Source: an uncultured Methylomirabilota bacterium
GTDB taxonomy: Bacteria > Methylomirabilota > Methylomirabilia > Methylomirabilales > 2-02-FULL-66-22
Assembly: GCA_963845565.1 (NCBI GenBank)
Contig: CAWJSJ010000001.1
Coordinates: 832,001-896,000 of the forward strand
Length of the DNA stretch: 64,000 nt
Reading direction: 5' to 3'
The notes beneath the pieces are model-generated. The model saw nothing but the letters and a program-made list of their open reading frames with translations. It was not told the DNA's origin and made no database searches. The number at the start of each line of letters is the position of its first letter. The first letter of the stretch is position 1. The translations under genes were made by a program, and so were the position numbers. Below, in pieces: positions 17,701 through 28,463 of the stretch.

Positions 17701-18720
17701 CTATTCGTTCGCGGTCGAGCCGCGTCGCAACCGGACGGCCCCCACATCAAGGATCCCGCGGCAGTGCGCAAGAACGGCGTCCAGCTTGCTGGCGTCCTCG
17801 ATGCGCTCACCTGCCGACGCACGGATTCGGGTGAAGAGCGGATAGGCCTGTTCCACCTGTCCCTGGAACAAGAGCGCCAAGGCGAGCACGTGGAGGGAGA
17901 GCAGGTTATCCGGATCCGCCGCGAGGCTTGCCTCGGCGTGTCGGACGGCGCCCACAAGCTCATTCTCCGCCAGCGCGAGCTGGGCGAGTTTCATGTGCGC
18001 AAGGTCTGCCGTCTCGTGTCCCAGCACCTGCTCCCCGGCGGCAAGGGCTCGACGAAGCGCGGTACGGGCCTCCGGAACTCTCTGCAAACTCTTGTACGTT
18101 GCGCCGATGTGGTAATAGACGTAGGGATCGTCCGATCCCGCCGCGATCATCTGCTCCAACAGCGCCAGATTTCTTGTTGCACGCTCAACCCCGCCCTGGG
18201 CGTTGCGGCCGACATACCCGTGATGGATGACGGTCAGATCCACATCGGCAACCGTCCCGCCGGCCCGCAGCACCGCGGGGGTGACCTGCTCGTGGATCGC
18301 GCCCTCGTACCGGTACTCCGGACGATTCCGGAACAGGCGGGTGATGCGCGCGTCATAGAACCCGCACAGGGCGCCCCGCGGTTGAAGGTTTCGGACCCGC
18401 ACACGCCCCGCGTCCCACCCTGCGTCCTCCACTACCGCCCGCAACCGGTGCGTGTCTGCGCCGTCCAGCTCCTCATCCGCGTCCAGGATCAACACCCAGT
18501 CGCCCATGACGTGCGCCAGGGCGGCATTTCGCGCGCGGGCGAAGTCGTGATTCCATGCGCCCTGGACCACGCGAGCGCCGTGCGCGGCGGCGATGCGCAC
18601 CGTAGCGTCACGCGAACCGGTGTCGAACACCACCATTTCGTCGACGCCTTGCGCCACGCTGGCAAGACTCCGAGGCAAATCCCGCGCTTCATCGCACACG
18701 ATCATGCACAGCGAGATCAT
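17701..18720 (-). CDS. GT2 glycosyltransferase with TPR repeats
   Basis: ISLCMIV, DTGSRD, DFARARN, ILDADE, YEGAIHEQ, HHGY, then TPR-like helices. Confidence 0.9.
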   Translation of the reverse strand: MISLCMIVCDEARDLPRSLASVAQGVDEMVVFDTGSRDATVRIAAAHGARVVQGAWNHDFARARNAALAHVMGDWVLILDADEELDGADTHRLRAVVEDAGWDAGRVRVRNLQPRGALCGFYDARITRLFRNRPEYRYEGAIHEQVTPAVLRAGGTVADVDLTVIHHGYVGRNAQGGVERATRNLALLEQMIAAGSDDPYVYYHIGATYKSLQRVPEARTALRRALAAGEQVLGHETADLAHMKLAQLALAENELVGAVRHAEASLAADPDNLLSLHVLALALLFQGQVEQAYPLFTRIRASAGERIEDASKLDAVLAHCRGILDVGAVRLRRGSTANE

Positions 18721-18744
18721 GCACCCCCTCGCACCGCCCGGCGC

Positions 18745-21700
18745 TCATCGCCGCGACGGCATGGTTCGCCGCACCGGCTGCAGCCGAAGCGCCTGGAGAC
18801 GTCGGTTCGCCTTGGCAGCCGCGGCATCCCACGTGAAATGGGACCGGATCCGGATGCTGCCCCGATGGCCGCGCGCGCGCGCCTCCTCGCGATGACTCGC
18901 GACCTGCCGCATCAGACTCGCCAAAGCGTCCACATCGGCTTCGCCGTAGTACGGAGCAGCCGCCAGTGCCGTCTGGCCGATCCGCCACTCGGTTTCGCGG
19001 CGCTCTACCGCCGGAATCAGATAGGCCGTCTCGTGATCGCAGAAATCCAGCGCCGCGCCGTAATTCGTCACCAGGACCGGCAGCGCGCAGGCCATCGCCT
19101 CCGCGATCGGCAGGCCGAACCCCTCTCCCCGGTAGGCGTGCACGAGGCAATCGCAAGCCGTGTAAAGAGCCGGCAGCTGCGCCGGCGGTAGATCGTCGGT
19201 CAGATAGAGAATGCGCGGGGCGCCCGCCGTTCCTTGAATCCGGCGGATCATCTCCCCGAAGGTCTGCCCCCTGTAAAACGTCTGCGTGCCCATGTCCTTG
19301 ATGACCAGACACACATCCTGCGCCGCGGTGAACGCTTGGAGATAGGCCCGAAGAAGCAGGTCGATGCCCTTACGGACGATCGTCCCGCCGACGAAGAGGA
19401 ACTTATACGTGGACGACCCCACGTTCGGATGGGACGCTCCGCCGAGGTCGGAAAGAGCGAGAGGTTGCACGTGTGGATGAAACCGTTCGCAATCCACGCC
19501 GTTGGGAACGACGGCGACCCGGTCGGCGGGAACGCCGCTTCGCAGATAACACTCTCGCACGAAGGTCGAGGGTACCCATATCTCATCGACCATCGTGGAC
19601 ATGGGCTCGACCCACGTCTGCGGTATCCCCCCGTACTCCCACGGCTGGATCATTACCCATCGACCATCCGCCGGCGGTTCGAAGTTCGGGGGCCATTGGT
19701 GACGGAGGTGAATCTCGGCGGGACGCGAGAGCCTCGCTCCGACCCGGTCCGCGAGCGACGCGAGGCGCGCATCCGTGTGAGGATCGAACTCATCAGGCTC
19801 GAAGGGAAGAATGGATACTTCGTGCCCAGCCGCGATGAGCCGAAGGCACAATTCGCGATTGACGAGCGCCAAAGAGTGATGAACAAATTGCGACCCCTCC
19901 CAGGTGATCGCAAGCGGCCCGCTGTCCTTCCCGGTTCCGTTCTCGCGGCCCGCGTGTCGTGCCACCGATACCACTGGGGTGACGACCCGTGCAGCAATCT
20001 CTTCGAGCCGTTCCGCAACCCGTCCCGCCACATGGTGCCGGGTGAAATCTCCCAAGATGCGTCCCCGAGCTTCCAGACCCTTTGCCTGGCCGAGTTCCGG
20101 GTCCGTGACCACTTGACGCATGAGCCCACGCAGGTGCGAGATCGAGGGTTGCGCCCAACGGTGACCCCGGAAGTACGGCACCTCCCGACATGCCGACTCC
20201 TCCACCGGAACGACCGCACAGTCGATCAGAAACGCGGTGTCGTCGTCCATGAATTCCAAGTGGCCGCTCCAGCGGGTGGCGATCACCGGCAACGCCATCA
20301 GCATGGCTTCCATGAACGGGCGCCCCCACCCCTCGCCTCGCGTCGGCGATACGTAGGCGTTCGCCGCCCGGTATAACCCCGGCAATTGCCCGGCGGGCAG
20401 GTTCGACTCTAGAAACAGGACGTTCGGCGGGAGGCTGTCGGCCAGGCCCGATGCCCGAAGGACCGCCGTTGCCTGCTCCCGGAGTCGCGCCAGCGGCCAC
20501 CCTGAGGAGGACCAGACTTTGAGGATGAGGGCTACGTCCTCGTCCCTTGAAAACTCTTCCACGAAGGCACGGAGCAGCACGTCCCACCCTTTACGAAGGG
20601 TCCAGTCGAAGACCGAGAGGAAGTTGAACCCCCGCCCGCCTTCGAGCGCGATCGGCGGGACGTCCAGGCGAAACGGTCGCGGGTCGATCCCGCCCGGAAT
20701 CTTGACGAGTTTCTCCCTGACCACGCCGGCCGTCGCGAACGTGTCGATGTTGAAATCGCTCGGGACCCAGACCTCGTCCATCCGGTTGCAGGCGGCTACC
20801 CAGTCGGGGGGGATCCTGTCGGTCTCGAACATGGTGCGCCCGACATGGTAGCTGGCTTCGGGCATCCGCTGGAAGTTCGGGGGAAAGATGTGCGAGACGC
20901 CGACCACAGGCCCCCGAGTGCGGTCGAGGGATACCTCGGTAAGACCCTGCAACGCCGCAGTGTCCTTCGGCGGAAGTTCGGCCGTCGCCGTGTTCCAGGT
21001 AATGGGGACGACACAGACGGGCACGCCGAGCGTGTGGAGCCCCAGAACGAACTGTCGCGCCTCGTCCGCATAGCCGCTCGGATCGAAGATCGGGGCGTTC
21101 CATACCACCTGCGGCTGGGCGCGGTCTGGTCGCCGACCTGCCGGCGGCTGATCGGGGGGCGCGGTCACGCCAACAGCGCCGATGGTGGTTCGCCCCTCCT
21201 CGGCCTGCGCGGGCCGGAGCGCCGCCGACTCCACGAGCCGACCCCCAGCCGCACGCGTCGCCGCATGACGGAGGAAGGCTTCGGCGCTGGGCGGCCGCAA
21301 CTCGCCCCCTTGCCATCCTTCTCGAAGCCTCTGTTCGGCGTACTTCAGCCGGGCCACCATCTCGTACACGCCAGAACACAGCGAGAGGATGAACCCGTAC
21401 GCGTCGTCCTTCCTTCCCTCCGTCTCGTCGTAATACCAGCGGAACATCCGGCCGAACGACTCGGCGGTGTCCTGCCAGGTACACGGGGCTTGCCGCTCCC
21501 CCAACTTGACCGCCTCACCCGCCGTGTATCGGTTCAGCTTCTCGAAGTACGACGCGAGGTCCGGGTAGGTGTCGTGCACGATCGCATACGCCGGATCGTC
21601 CGCGGGAAACTTGACGATGGCCCCGTCGACGACCGGCCCTTGGTGGACGTATGGCTTCCAGTTGAAGCGACCGCGGCGCAGGAGCATGGGAGCCTTGTAG

Positions 21701-23340
21701 CCAGGATACCAGCCGCCAGCGTGACGGATCCACCGCCCGAGGAAGTGATTCCGGTACGGAAGTTGGACGCCCGCGACCTCCGCCGGAGCCCGTCGGAGGA
21801 AGGCGTCAATCCGGCTCGCCAGTTCGGGCGTCATGCGCTCATCGGCGTCGAGGTAGAGAATCCACTCGTTGGTCGCGCGCTGCGCGCTCACGTTACGCGC
21901 ACCATCGAAGTCACGAATAAGGGGGTGGGTTAGAATGATGGCACCGTACCGCCGAGCGATCTCGACGGTGCGGTCGGAACTCTCCATGTCCATGACGATC
22001 AGTTCGCCGGCCCAGCCGGCGACGCTCTCCAGACACGCCGCGATATTGCGCTCCTCGTTCCGCGTGTGCACGATCACGCTCACCGGAACCCGCAATCTCT
22101 CTCGACCAATCGCCGTGGCGACCTGCTCGACCTTCGCCCGGTCCACCGAACGCGCCCCGGTCGGTGCGACGGCGGTAAGCGACGCCGCCACGGTCGTGGT
22201 CGGGATCGCACTCAGGAGCGTCACCACTCTTTGTGCGTCGTCAAGATCGGCGTTCAGTTCCAGCGCACGAACCAAACTTGCCCGCGCGTCGTTGTCGCGC
22301 CCGACCGTCGCCTCGGCCATACCTTTCAATCGCCACGCCACCCACGGTTCCAGAAAGACTGGCTGGTCTGGAGGTTGCGCCCCTTCCGCCAGTGCTACCG
22401 CCTTTCCGTACGCGACAATCGCATCGTCCCACTGACCGAGTCGGGCCAGGGTCTGGCCTCGGAGCGCGTAACCGGATGCAAGTGTCGGCCATAGGGTGAC
22501 GGCACGATCAAGCGCCGCCAGGGCTTCTAAGAACGCCCCACGTTCGAATAGCGCCGCCCCGAGCTGCTGATACGCAGTTCCGAGTTCGGCGGCCACTCCC
22601 GTCTTTCCGGCACGGGGTCCACCCCCCTCCAACCGACCCAACCCACGCCGGTAGCAGGCAATGCTGGCATCGAGCTCCCCTAGCGACGCGTGGCACTCGG
22701 CCCGCTGAATCCACGCCAAGCCGTCCGCAGGATCCCGTTCCAATATCCCGGCCAGAATCCGCAGGTTCCGCGTCGCCTTGGACCGGACGACCTCCGGCCC
22801 GCCAAGAAACCCATGATGGTCAACGACAACGTCGGAATGCGCCACCGCAGCCTCGAACGGAATGGAGGGAAGGATGCACTCGTGGACGGCACCCATGTAC
22901 CGGACATGCGGATCCCGCCGGAACAACCGCGGAAGCCACGCGACTCGGGTCATTCCCGATTGCGCCGACGCCGGGGTTGGTGTTCGCTGCTGTACGAGGA
23001 AGGCCGACACGTCCGCCCGCTCACGCATCAGGCGTCGCACCAGAGACCGGCACTCCGGCCGGAGCCGCTCGTCCGCGTCCAACACCAGCGTCCAATCGCC
23101 ACGCGCGTGCACCAGGGACACATTCCGGGCCGCGGCGAAGTCGTCGGTCCAGGCGTGGCGAATCACCCGAGCACCGAGTCGCTCCGCAACCGCGATCGTC
23201 CCATCTGTGGAGCCGGTGTCCACCACGACGATTTCGTCTACAACCTCCCGCACGCTTTCCAGACAATCCGAAAGCCGGGTGGCTTCGTCCCGGACGATCA
23301 TGCACAGTGACAGCGTGTTGGGTTCAATCGGAGAGCGCAT
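18745..23340 (-). CDS. 1531-aa multi-domain glycosyltransferase GT2-TPR-GT2-GT4-GT4
   Basis: LSLCMIV..LDADE; TPRs; VSVIVHTRNEE..LDADE; two GT-B units (RKGWDVLL..GEGWGRPFMEA; RKGIDLLL..GEGFGLPIAEA). Confidence 0.92.
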   Translation of the reverse strand: MRSPIEPNTLSLCMIVRDEATRLSDCLESVREVVDEIVVVDTGSTDGTIAVAERLGARVIRHAWTDDFAAARNVSLVHARGDWTLVLDADERLRPECRSLVRRLMRERADVSAFLVQQRTPTPASAQSGMTRVAWLPRLFRRDPHVRYMGAVHECILPSIPFEAAVAHSDVVVDHHGFLGGPEVVRSKATRNLRILAGILERDPADGLAWIQRAECHASLGELDASIACYRRGLGRLEGGGPRAGKTGVAAELGTAYQQLGAALFERGAFLEALAALDRAVTLWPTLASGYALRGQTLARLGQWDDAIVAYGKAVALAEGAQPPDQPVFLEPWVAWRLKGMAEATVGRDNDARASLVRALELNADLDDAQRVVTLLSAIPTTTVAASLTAVAPTGARSVDRAKVEQVATAIGRERLRVPVSVIVHTRNEERNIAACLESVAGWAGELIVMDMESSDRTVEIARRYGAIILTHPLIRDFDGARNVSAQRATNEWILYLDADERMTPELASRIDAFLRRAPAEVAGVQLPYRNHFLGRWIRHAGGWYPGYKAPMLLRRGRFNWKPYVHQGPVVDGAIVKFPADDPAYAIVHDTYPDLASYFEKLNRYTAGEAVKLGERQAPCTWQDTAESFGRMFRWYYDETEGRKDDAYGFILSLCSGVYEMVARLKYAEQRLREGWQGGELRPPSAEAFLRHAATRAAGGRLVESAALRPAQAEEGRTTIGAVGVTAPPDQPPAGRRPDRAQPQVVWNAPIFDPSGYADEARQFVLGLHTLGVPVCVVPITWNTATAELPPKDTAALQGLTEVSLDRTRGPVVGVSHIFPPNFQRMPEASYHVGRTMFETDRIPPDWVAACNRMDEVWVPSDFNIDTFATAGVVREKLVKIPGGIDPRPFRLDVPPIALEGGRGFNFLSVFDWTLRKGWDVLLRAFVEEFSRDEDVALILKVWSSSGWPLARLREQATAVLRASGLADSLPPNVLFLESNLPAGQLPGLYRAANAYVSPTRGEGWGRPFMEAMLMALPVIATRWSGHLEFMDDDTAFLIDCAVVPVEESACREVPYFRGHRWAQPSISHLRGLMRQVVTDPELGQAKGLEARGRILGDFTRHHVAGRVAERLEEIAARVVTPVVSVARHAGRENGTGKDSGPLAITWEGSQFVHHSLALVNRELCLRLIAAGHEVSILPFEPDEFDPHTDARLASLADRVGARLSRPAEIHLRHQWPPNFEPPADGRWVMIQPWEYGGIPQTWVEPMSTMVDEIWVPSTFVRECYLRSGVPADRVAVVPNGVDCERFHPHVQPLALSDLGGASHPNVGSSTYKFLFVGGTIVRKGIDLLLRAYLQAFTAAQDVCLVIKDMGTQTFYRGQTFGEMIRRIQGTAGAPRILYLTDDLPPAQLPALYTACDCLVHAYRGEGFGLPIAEAMACALPVLVTNYGAALDFCDHETAYLIPAVERRETEWRIGQTALAAAPYYGEADVDALASLMRQVASHREEARARGHRGSIRIRSHFTWDAAAAKANRRLQALRLQPVRRTMPSRR

Positions 23341-23357
23341 CGGCGCGTCGTCCTCTT

Positions 23358-25128
23358 CTAGGCTACCGCCAGGCTGGCCCGCAGCACTGGTATCGCCCTT
23401 GCCGCCAGCGCGTGATTCGGCGCCAGCGTCAGCAGGTCTTGAAAGTAGGCCAGCGCTTTGGACGCGTCCCCTGCGGAGAGGGCGAGGGCTGCGAGGCTCT
23501 CGTAGATTTCGCAGGTCGTGGGCGCACGGCGTAACGCCTCCAGCAGGCTCGCTTCCGCCCCGACGGATTCCCCGCGCGCCATGCGCGTCTTGCCTTCCAG
23601 ATAGAAGATACGCGCATCGTCACCCCCTAGCGCGATGGCCTCCCGACAATGGACGAGCACTTCGTCGTGCGCGCCTCGGGATTCGGCGAGGCACGCCAGC
23701 GCGAGGTGCGCATCGGCACTTGGATCCACCCCGAGCAGGTGATTGAACGCGTCGTGCGCCTCGGCGTGCCGACCGACATGGAGGAGCCCCTCCGCGCGGA
23801 GAGCCAACCCTCGCGGGTCCACGGGTTCTGCCTCCAGGAACGGCTCCAGCGCTTCCAGCGCCTTCGCCCAATGCTGTTGGGCCGCATGAGATTCGGCCAG
23901 CGCAAGGTGCCCGCGGGGGAGCTCCTTGAAGAGGGTCTTCGCCTTCTCGAACGCCTCGACCGCTTCCCCATGCGCACCGCGAAGGCTGTGGATGCGCCCC
24001 ATCCCCAAATAGCCTTCCGGAGCGTCCGGCTGACGCCTGATGGCCTCACGGAACGCTGCCTCGGCGTCCTCGCGCAACCCGAGAGTGAGGAGACAATCCC
24101 CCTTCAGGGCCAATGCGAAGCCCAGGTCGGCCTCGTGTTCCAGCACACGCGCGCCCACCAGCTTGGTCTGTTCCCCCAACCGGACGTAGATATCCAATTC
24201 CTCGATGGCCTCGGCATGCCGACCGAGCCGCCCCAGCGCCATGGCCGCCAGGAGGTGCGGCGGGGAATAGCCGCCATCCGTCTCGGCAGCCCGGCGGCAG
24301 GCCTCGACTGCCCCTCCATAATCCTTCAACCGCAACAGGCCATTGGCCAGACCGCGGTAGGCGACCGCAGCGTTCTGTCTCGGCATCTTCGGGTTCGCAA
24401 GTGCGTTCCGGTATGCCTCAACCGCTTCGAGAATCTTGCCACCCAAGCCGAGCGCTTCCCCGTAGTGGAACATCGTCATGGGATCGTCAGGATGTTCGGC
24501 TAACTCTCGCTCCAACAGCGTCAGATTTCTCGCCTGCTTGTCCCGTTGATCCGAGAAATCCTGATGGTAGCCAAGGTGGTCGATGACGAGATCGGTCGCC
24601 GCAATCGTTCCTCCGATCCGCGCGATGGAGGGTGAGATCTGTTCGTGGACGCGCCCTTCGTACCGAATCTCCGGTCGGTTGCGAAACACCCGCGGCCACG
24701 CGTTGATGACAGCCGCCTGGCTGCGGGTGCCTTTTAGCGGACTGCGAATGTTCAGGAGATACGCTTGATACCGGTCGTCCGCCAGGAGGCTGCGAAGTTT
24801 CCGGCGCGCCTCTCGGGCCAGCGTCTCATCCGCGTCCAGCGCCAGGATCCACGAACCGCGGGCGTGTCGCACCGCCTCGTTTCGCGCCGCGGCGAAGTCG
24901 TCGCACCACGCGAAATGGAGGATCCGCGCCCCGTACTTCTCCGCCTACCGCCACGGTGTCGTCGGTGGAGCCGGTATCCACAATCACGATCTCGTCCACA
25001 ACGCCGCGGACGCTGTCCAGGCAGCGGGGCAGGTTCTTCGCCTCGTTTTTGACGATCATACAGAGCGAGAGGAGGATTCGATCTCCTCCGACGCGCACAT
25101 GCGTGCGTGACGACTTACGCTTTGCCAC
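23358..25128 (-). pseudogene. GT2-TPR glycosyltransferase interrupted by a single-base frameshift at ~24945 (pseudogene or sequencing error)
   Basis: The 5' ORF (LSLCMIVKNE..DTGSTDDTVAV) joins the 3' frame (AEKYGARILHFAWCDDFAAARN..LDADE..TPRs) if one G is removed from GTAGGCG. Confidence 0.85.
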
Positions 25129-28100
25129 TGAGGGCCTCCGATCCGTGCGGTGCGTGCTCTTGACGTCGCCGCAGTTCTGAACTCAGACGCTCCGCATCCG
25201 CGTCGCCAGGATTCAGTCGATTCCATGTCTCCAGCTCCGCCAATGCCTCCCTGCCGCGCCGTGCTTCGAGGTAGAAGTGTACCAGCAGGAACCTCCACCC
25301 ACGGTCGGTTGGGGCAAGGGATACGGCGCGTCGTAACCGCGCTTCTGCGTCCGCGGCCTGGCCGGCTCCCCACAGAGCACGCCCCCAGAGTCCCTGCACC
25401 TGAGCCGACGCCGGGAAGCCAACACCAAGCGGTTTCAGCCGCGTGAGCGCCTCGTGCCATTGCTGGCCGCTAATCGCCTGAGCCGCCGCCCGAAGCTGTT
25501 CCGGCTCTGGCTCGGGTTGTGCGACGGATGGAGACTTCGCCAACATGGCGGGTTGTGCCGGTAGGACAATGTGGCGAATTCGCTCCGGCGCGTGGATCCG
25601 CAGGTCCCACTTCCGTCGAAGAATCTCGCGGTTACGCGTGAGCAGCGCCTGGTAGTCGGCCTGCACGGCAGCAAACGTCTGGCTCCCGACGTGGTGAATG
25701 AAGACGTCCTTGGCCCACAAGAGCTTGTAACCTCGCTGCCGCACGCGCACGCAGAGATCGTCGTCCTCGTAGTTCCCCATCCCGAAGCGTTCGTCAAAGA
25801 GTCCAACCTCCTCAAACAGTTGTCGCCGAGCCGCGAGGCACACCCCCACGAGTCGGTCCACCTCCTCCCCTTGTCCGGCGTGGTCGCGCGCGATGCGCTT
25901 CGCGAACATGAGGTACTCGTCCAAGTCGTTGTAACCCGCCTCGATCTGCTGGACGGATGAGGCGTAGTTCGTCGACGAGCCGACCAAGCCGATCATCCGG
26001 TCCCGATCCAGGTGTGCAAGCAACCGCCCGGCCCACCCCGGCGAGACGACGGTGTCGTTGTTCAGGATGATCACGTACTCTCCCAACGCCGCACGGATCC
26101 CGGCGTTGCAGGCGGCCGCAAATCCCCGGTTCTCGTCAAAGCGCATGCTCGTCACGTGGTCACGCCCGCACCAGTCGGAAGTGCCGTCAGTGGACCCATT
26201 GTCCACAATCAGGATCTCGTGCGGGGTATCGGTATAGCGACGGATGGTCTCGACGCACTGCTGGGTCAGGGGCAAACCATTGTGCACCGGGATGACGATC
26301 ATGAGTTGCGGCACCAGCCGTGGTCGCGCTGGAAGCCACCGGAACCCCGCGCTCCGCCCCAAGGTATGACGGGCCGGTTCTACTCCATCCTCCCGCGCAT
26401 GTGCGGCCCGCTTCTCATTCCGTATTTCAACGACCGCTCTGGCGCGGTCGAGAATGCGTCGCCAGAGGTCTCCCACCGTGTGGCTGCCGAACCGGGACAT
26501 CATCAACTTGCGGCCCGCCTCCGCCAGTTGCACCCGCAATTCCCTGTTCTGATACAGCCGCACTACAGCGTCCGCGAATGCTTTCGCTTCTTCCGCCATA
26601 AGAACGTGTTTGCCATCCTCCAGACCCATCCCCTCAGCGCCGATCGGCGTTGTCACAATTGGGACCCCTGCCGCGAGCGCCTCCCCCACCTTCCCCTTCA
26701 TTCCGGCTCCGTACCGCAGGGGTGCCACGGAGAGCCGGCATTTTCGCAGAAACGGAAGCGTCGACGGCACGTAGCCCTCGATATGCACGTTCGGTCCTTC
26801 AAGGCGTCTGATCTCGGCCGGAGGGTGACTTCCTACGATATGCAGTGTGACTTCGGGGATTGCGGCCACGATCCTGGGAAGCACTTCCCCGCAGAACCAG
26901 AGTATCGCATCAACATTGGGCGGGTGGTGGAACCCGCCGATGAAAAGGAGTCCCTGACGCTGTTCCGCCCCCGCCTCTGGCACATTCGGAACGATGTCAT
27001 GAATGGTGGGCGCGACGTGCACCTCAAGTTCGGGCGCATCCGCGAGGAGTGCCTGCCGATCCGACTCGGTTACCGTAAGCACCAGATCCGCGGCGCGACA
27101 CATGGTGAGCTCGCGCCGTTTCTCCACTTCAGCCACCCAGAACAGGTCGTCCGTGTGGGCCAGCTGGGCCTTGCGCCACTCCCGAAGAAAGTGAACGTCC
27201 ACCGTATCGAGCACGAAACATGAACGATCAGCGACCTCCTTGATGAAGGAAAGATACTGATGAGCGACGTGGTGAAAGCTGACAATGACCGCCAGGAACC
27301 GATTCTCCCGAAGAAGCGATGCGACATCCACCGGAGGGGCATCAACCGGGGTCCCGAGCAGGCTCAGTCGCTCGGGATCCGGTGCGAAGACGGTCACGCC
27401 CATCACTTCCAGGTCGCGGATGTAGCGCCGGTCGGTGACGTTTCGTCCGAGGTAGGCGATGTCGAAATCCTTGCTGAGTTCTTTGATCGTCAAATAGATC
27501 CGGAGTTCGCCGGCCGCGGTGTCGTGCGCGGGAACGAGCGGGCCGATGAAGAGCAATTTGTCGCGACCGCGCTGGACAGGCAAGGCGTACGCCGACCGAC
27601 GCTTTCGCGATAAGACGTGCTGCCATTTCTCCACGAAGAGCGGCCGATTCCGGTCCTGCAATTGCCGCGATCGACTGGACTGCTCCACGCCCTTGCCGGC
27701 CGTGCCCCCCTCCAGGTGGACTACCACGGCGGTAGGTTCGTACAGGACCTTGAAACCCGCTTCCGCGGCGGCAAAGCACAGGTCGGCGTCCTCGTAGTAG
27801 GCGGGGTGGTAACGCTCGTCTAGGTACCCTACCCGATCGAGCACATCACGCTTAATATAGAGGCACGCGCCGGAACAATAATCCGTTTCGCGTACCTGGT
27901 TGTAAATCCAGCGCTCGGGATCGTCCAGCCTTCCGATGTTACGACCGCTGCCGTCTTGGAATATCTCGCCGCCCGCTTCTTGGAGGCGCCCGTCGGGGTA
28001 GATCAGTTTTGCGCCGACGATCCCGACCTCTGGGACGCTGTAGGCTCGATCGGCCAGCGCGGTCAACCAGCCTGGCTGCACGTGGGTGTCGTTATTCAGG

Positions 28101-28363
28101 AGGACCACGTCGTGGTGCGGGAACCGCCCCATGACCAGGTTGTTCCCTTTCACGAAGCCTACGTTCTCCTCGAGAAGGATCGGGGCCACGCCATCCGCCA
28201 GACGCTGCAGAAACCGTTGGGTCCCGTCCGTGGATCCCTGCTCGATGACGCACACCGTGTGCGGATAGTCGGTGTGCTTCCGAACAGCCCTCAGGCACTC
28301 CCTGAGGAGATGGAGACCATTCCAGCTCAGGATGGCGATCACTACGGGCCGTCTTTCCACCAC
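25115..28363 (-). CDS. Multi-domain glycosyltransferase GT2-GT4-GT2-TPR (1082 aa)
   Basis: LLNNDT/YYEDADLC; FIGGFHHPPNVDA..APLRYGAGMKGK; ILNNDT/NYEDDDLC; C-terminal TPR. Confidence 0.92.
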   Translation of the reverse strand: MVERRPVVIAILSWNGLHLLRECLRAVRKHTDYPHTVCVIEQGSTDGTQRFLQRLADGVAPILLEENVGFVKGNNLVMGRFPHHDVVLLNNDTHVQPGWLTALADRAYSVPEVGIVGAKLIYPDGRLQEAGGEIFQDGSGRNIGRLDDPERWIYNQVRETDYCSGACLYIKRDVLDRVGYLDERYHPAYYEDADLCFAAAEAGFKVLYEPTAVVVHLEGGTAGKGVEQSSRSRQLQDRNRPLFVEKWQHVLSRKRRSAYALPVQRGRDKLLFIGPLVPAHDTAAGELRIYLTIKELSKDFDIAYLGRNVTDRRYIRDLEVMGVTVFAPDPERLSLLGTPVDAPPVDVASLLRENRFLAVIVSFHHVAHQYLSFIKEVADRSCFVLDTVDVHFLREWRKAQLAHTDDLFWVAEVEKRRELTMCRAADLVLTVTESDRQALLADAPELEVHVAPTIHDIVPNVPEAGAEQRQGLLFIGGFHHPPNVDAILWFCGEVLPRIVAAIPEVTLHIVGSHPPAEIRRLEGPNVHIEGYVPSTLPFLRKCRLSVAPLRYGAGMKGKVGEALAAGVPIVTTPIGAEGMGLEDGKHVLMAEEAKAFADAVVRLYQNRELRVQLAEAGRKLMMSRFGSHTVGDLWRRILDRARAVVEIRNEKRAAHAREDGVEPARHTLGRSAGFRWLPARPRLVPQLMIVIPVHNGLPLTQQCVETIRRYTDTPHEILIVDNGSTDGTSDWCGRDHVTSMRFDENRGFAAACNAGIRAALGEYVIILNNDTVVSPGWAGRLLAHLDRDRMIGLVGSSTNYASSVQQIEAGYNDLDEYLMFAKRIARDHAGQGEEVDRLVGVCLAARRQLFEEVGLFDERFGMGNYEDDDLCVRVRQRGYKLLWAKDVFIHHVGSQTFAAVQADYQALLTRNREILRRKWDLRIHAPERIRHIVLPAQPAMLAKSPSVAQPEPEPEQLRAAAQAISGQQWHEALTRLKPLGVGFPASAQVQGLWGRALWGAGQAADAEARLRRAVSLAPTDRGWRFLLVHFYLEARRGREALAELETWNRLNPGDADAERLSSELRRRQEHAPHGSEALSGKA

Positions 28364-28463
28364 TCTGCTCCTGTCCCGTCTCCCATCTCACGGGCGGGCC
28401 GACCGCGTTGAAAAGTGGGCACTGCCGCGCCGCCGGTCGGCAATACCGCCGGTCGCGAAATGG

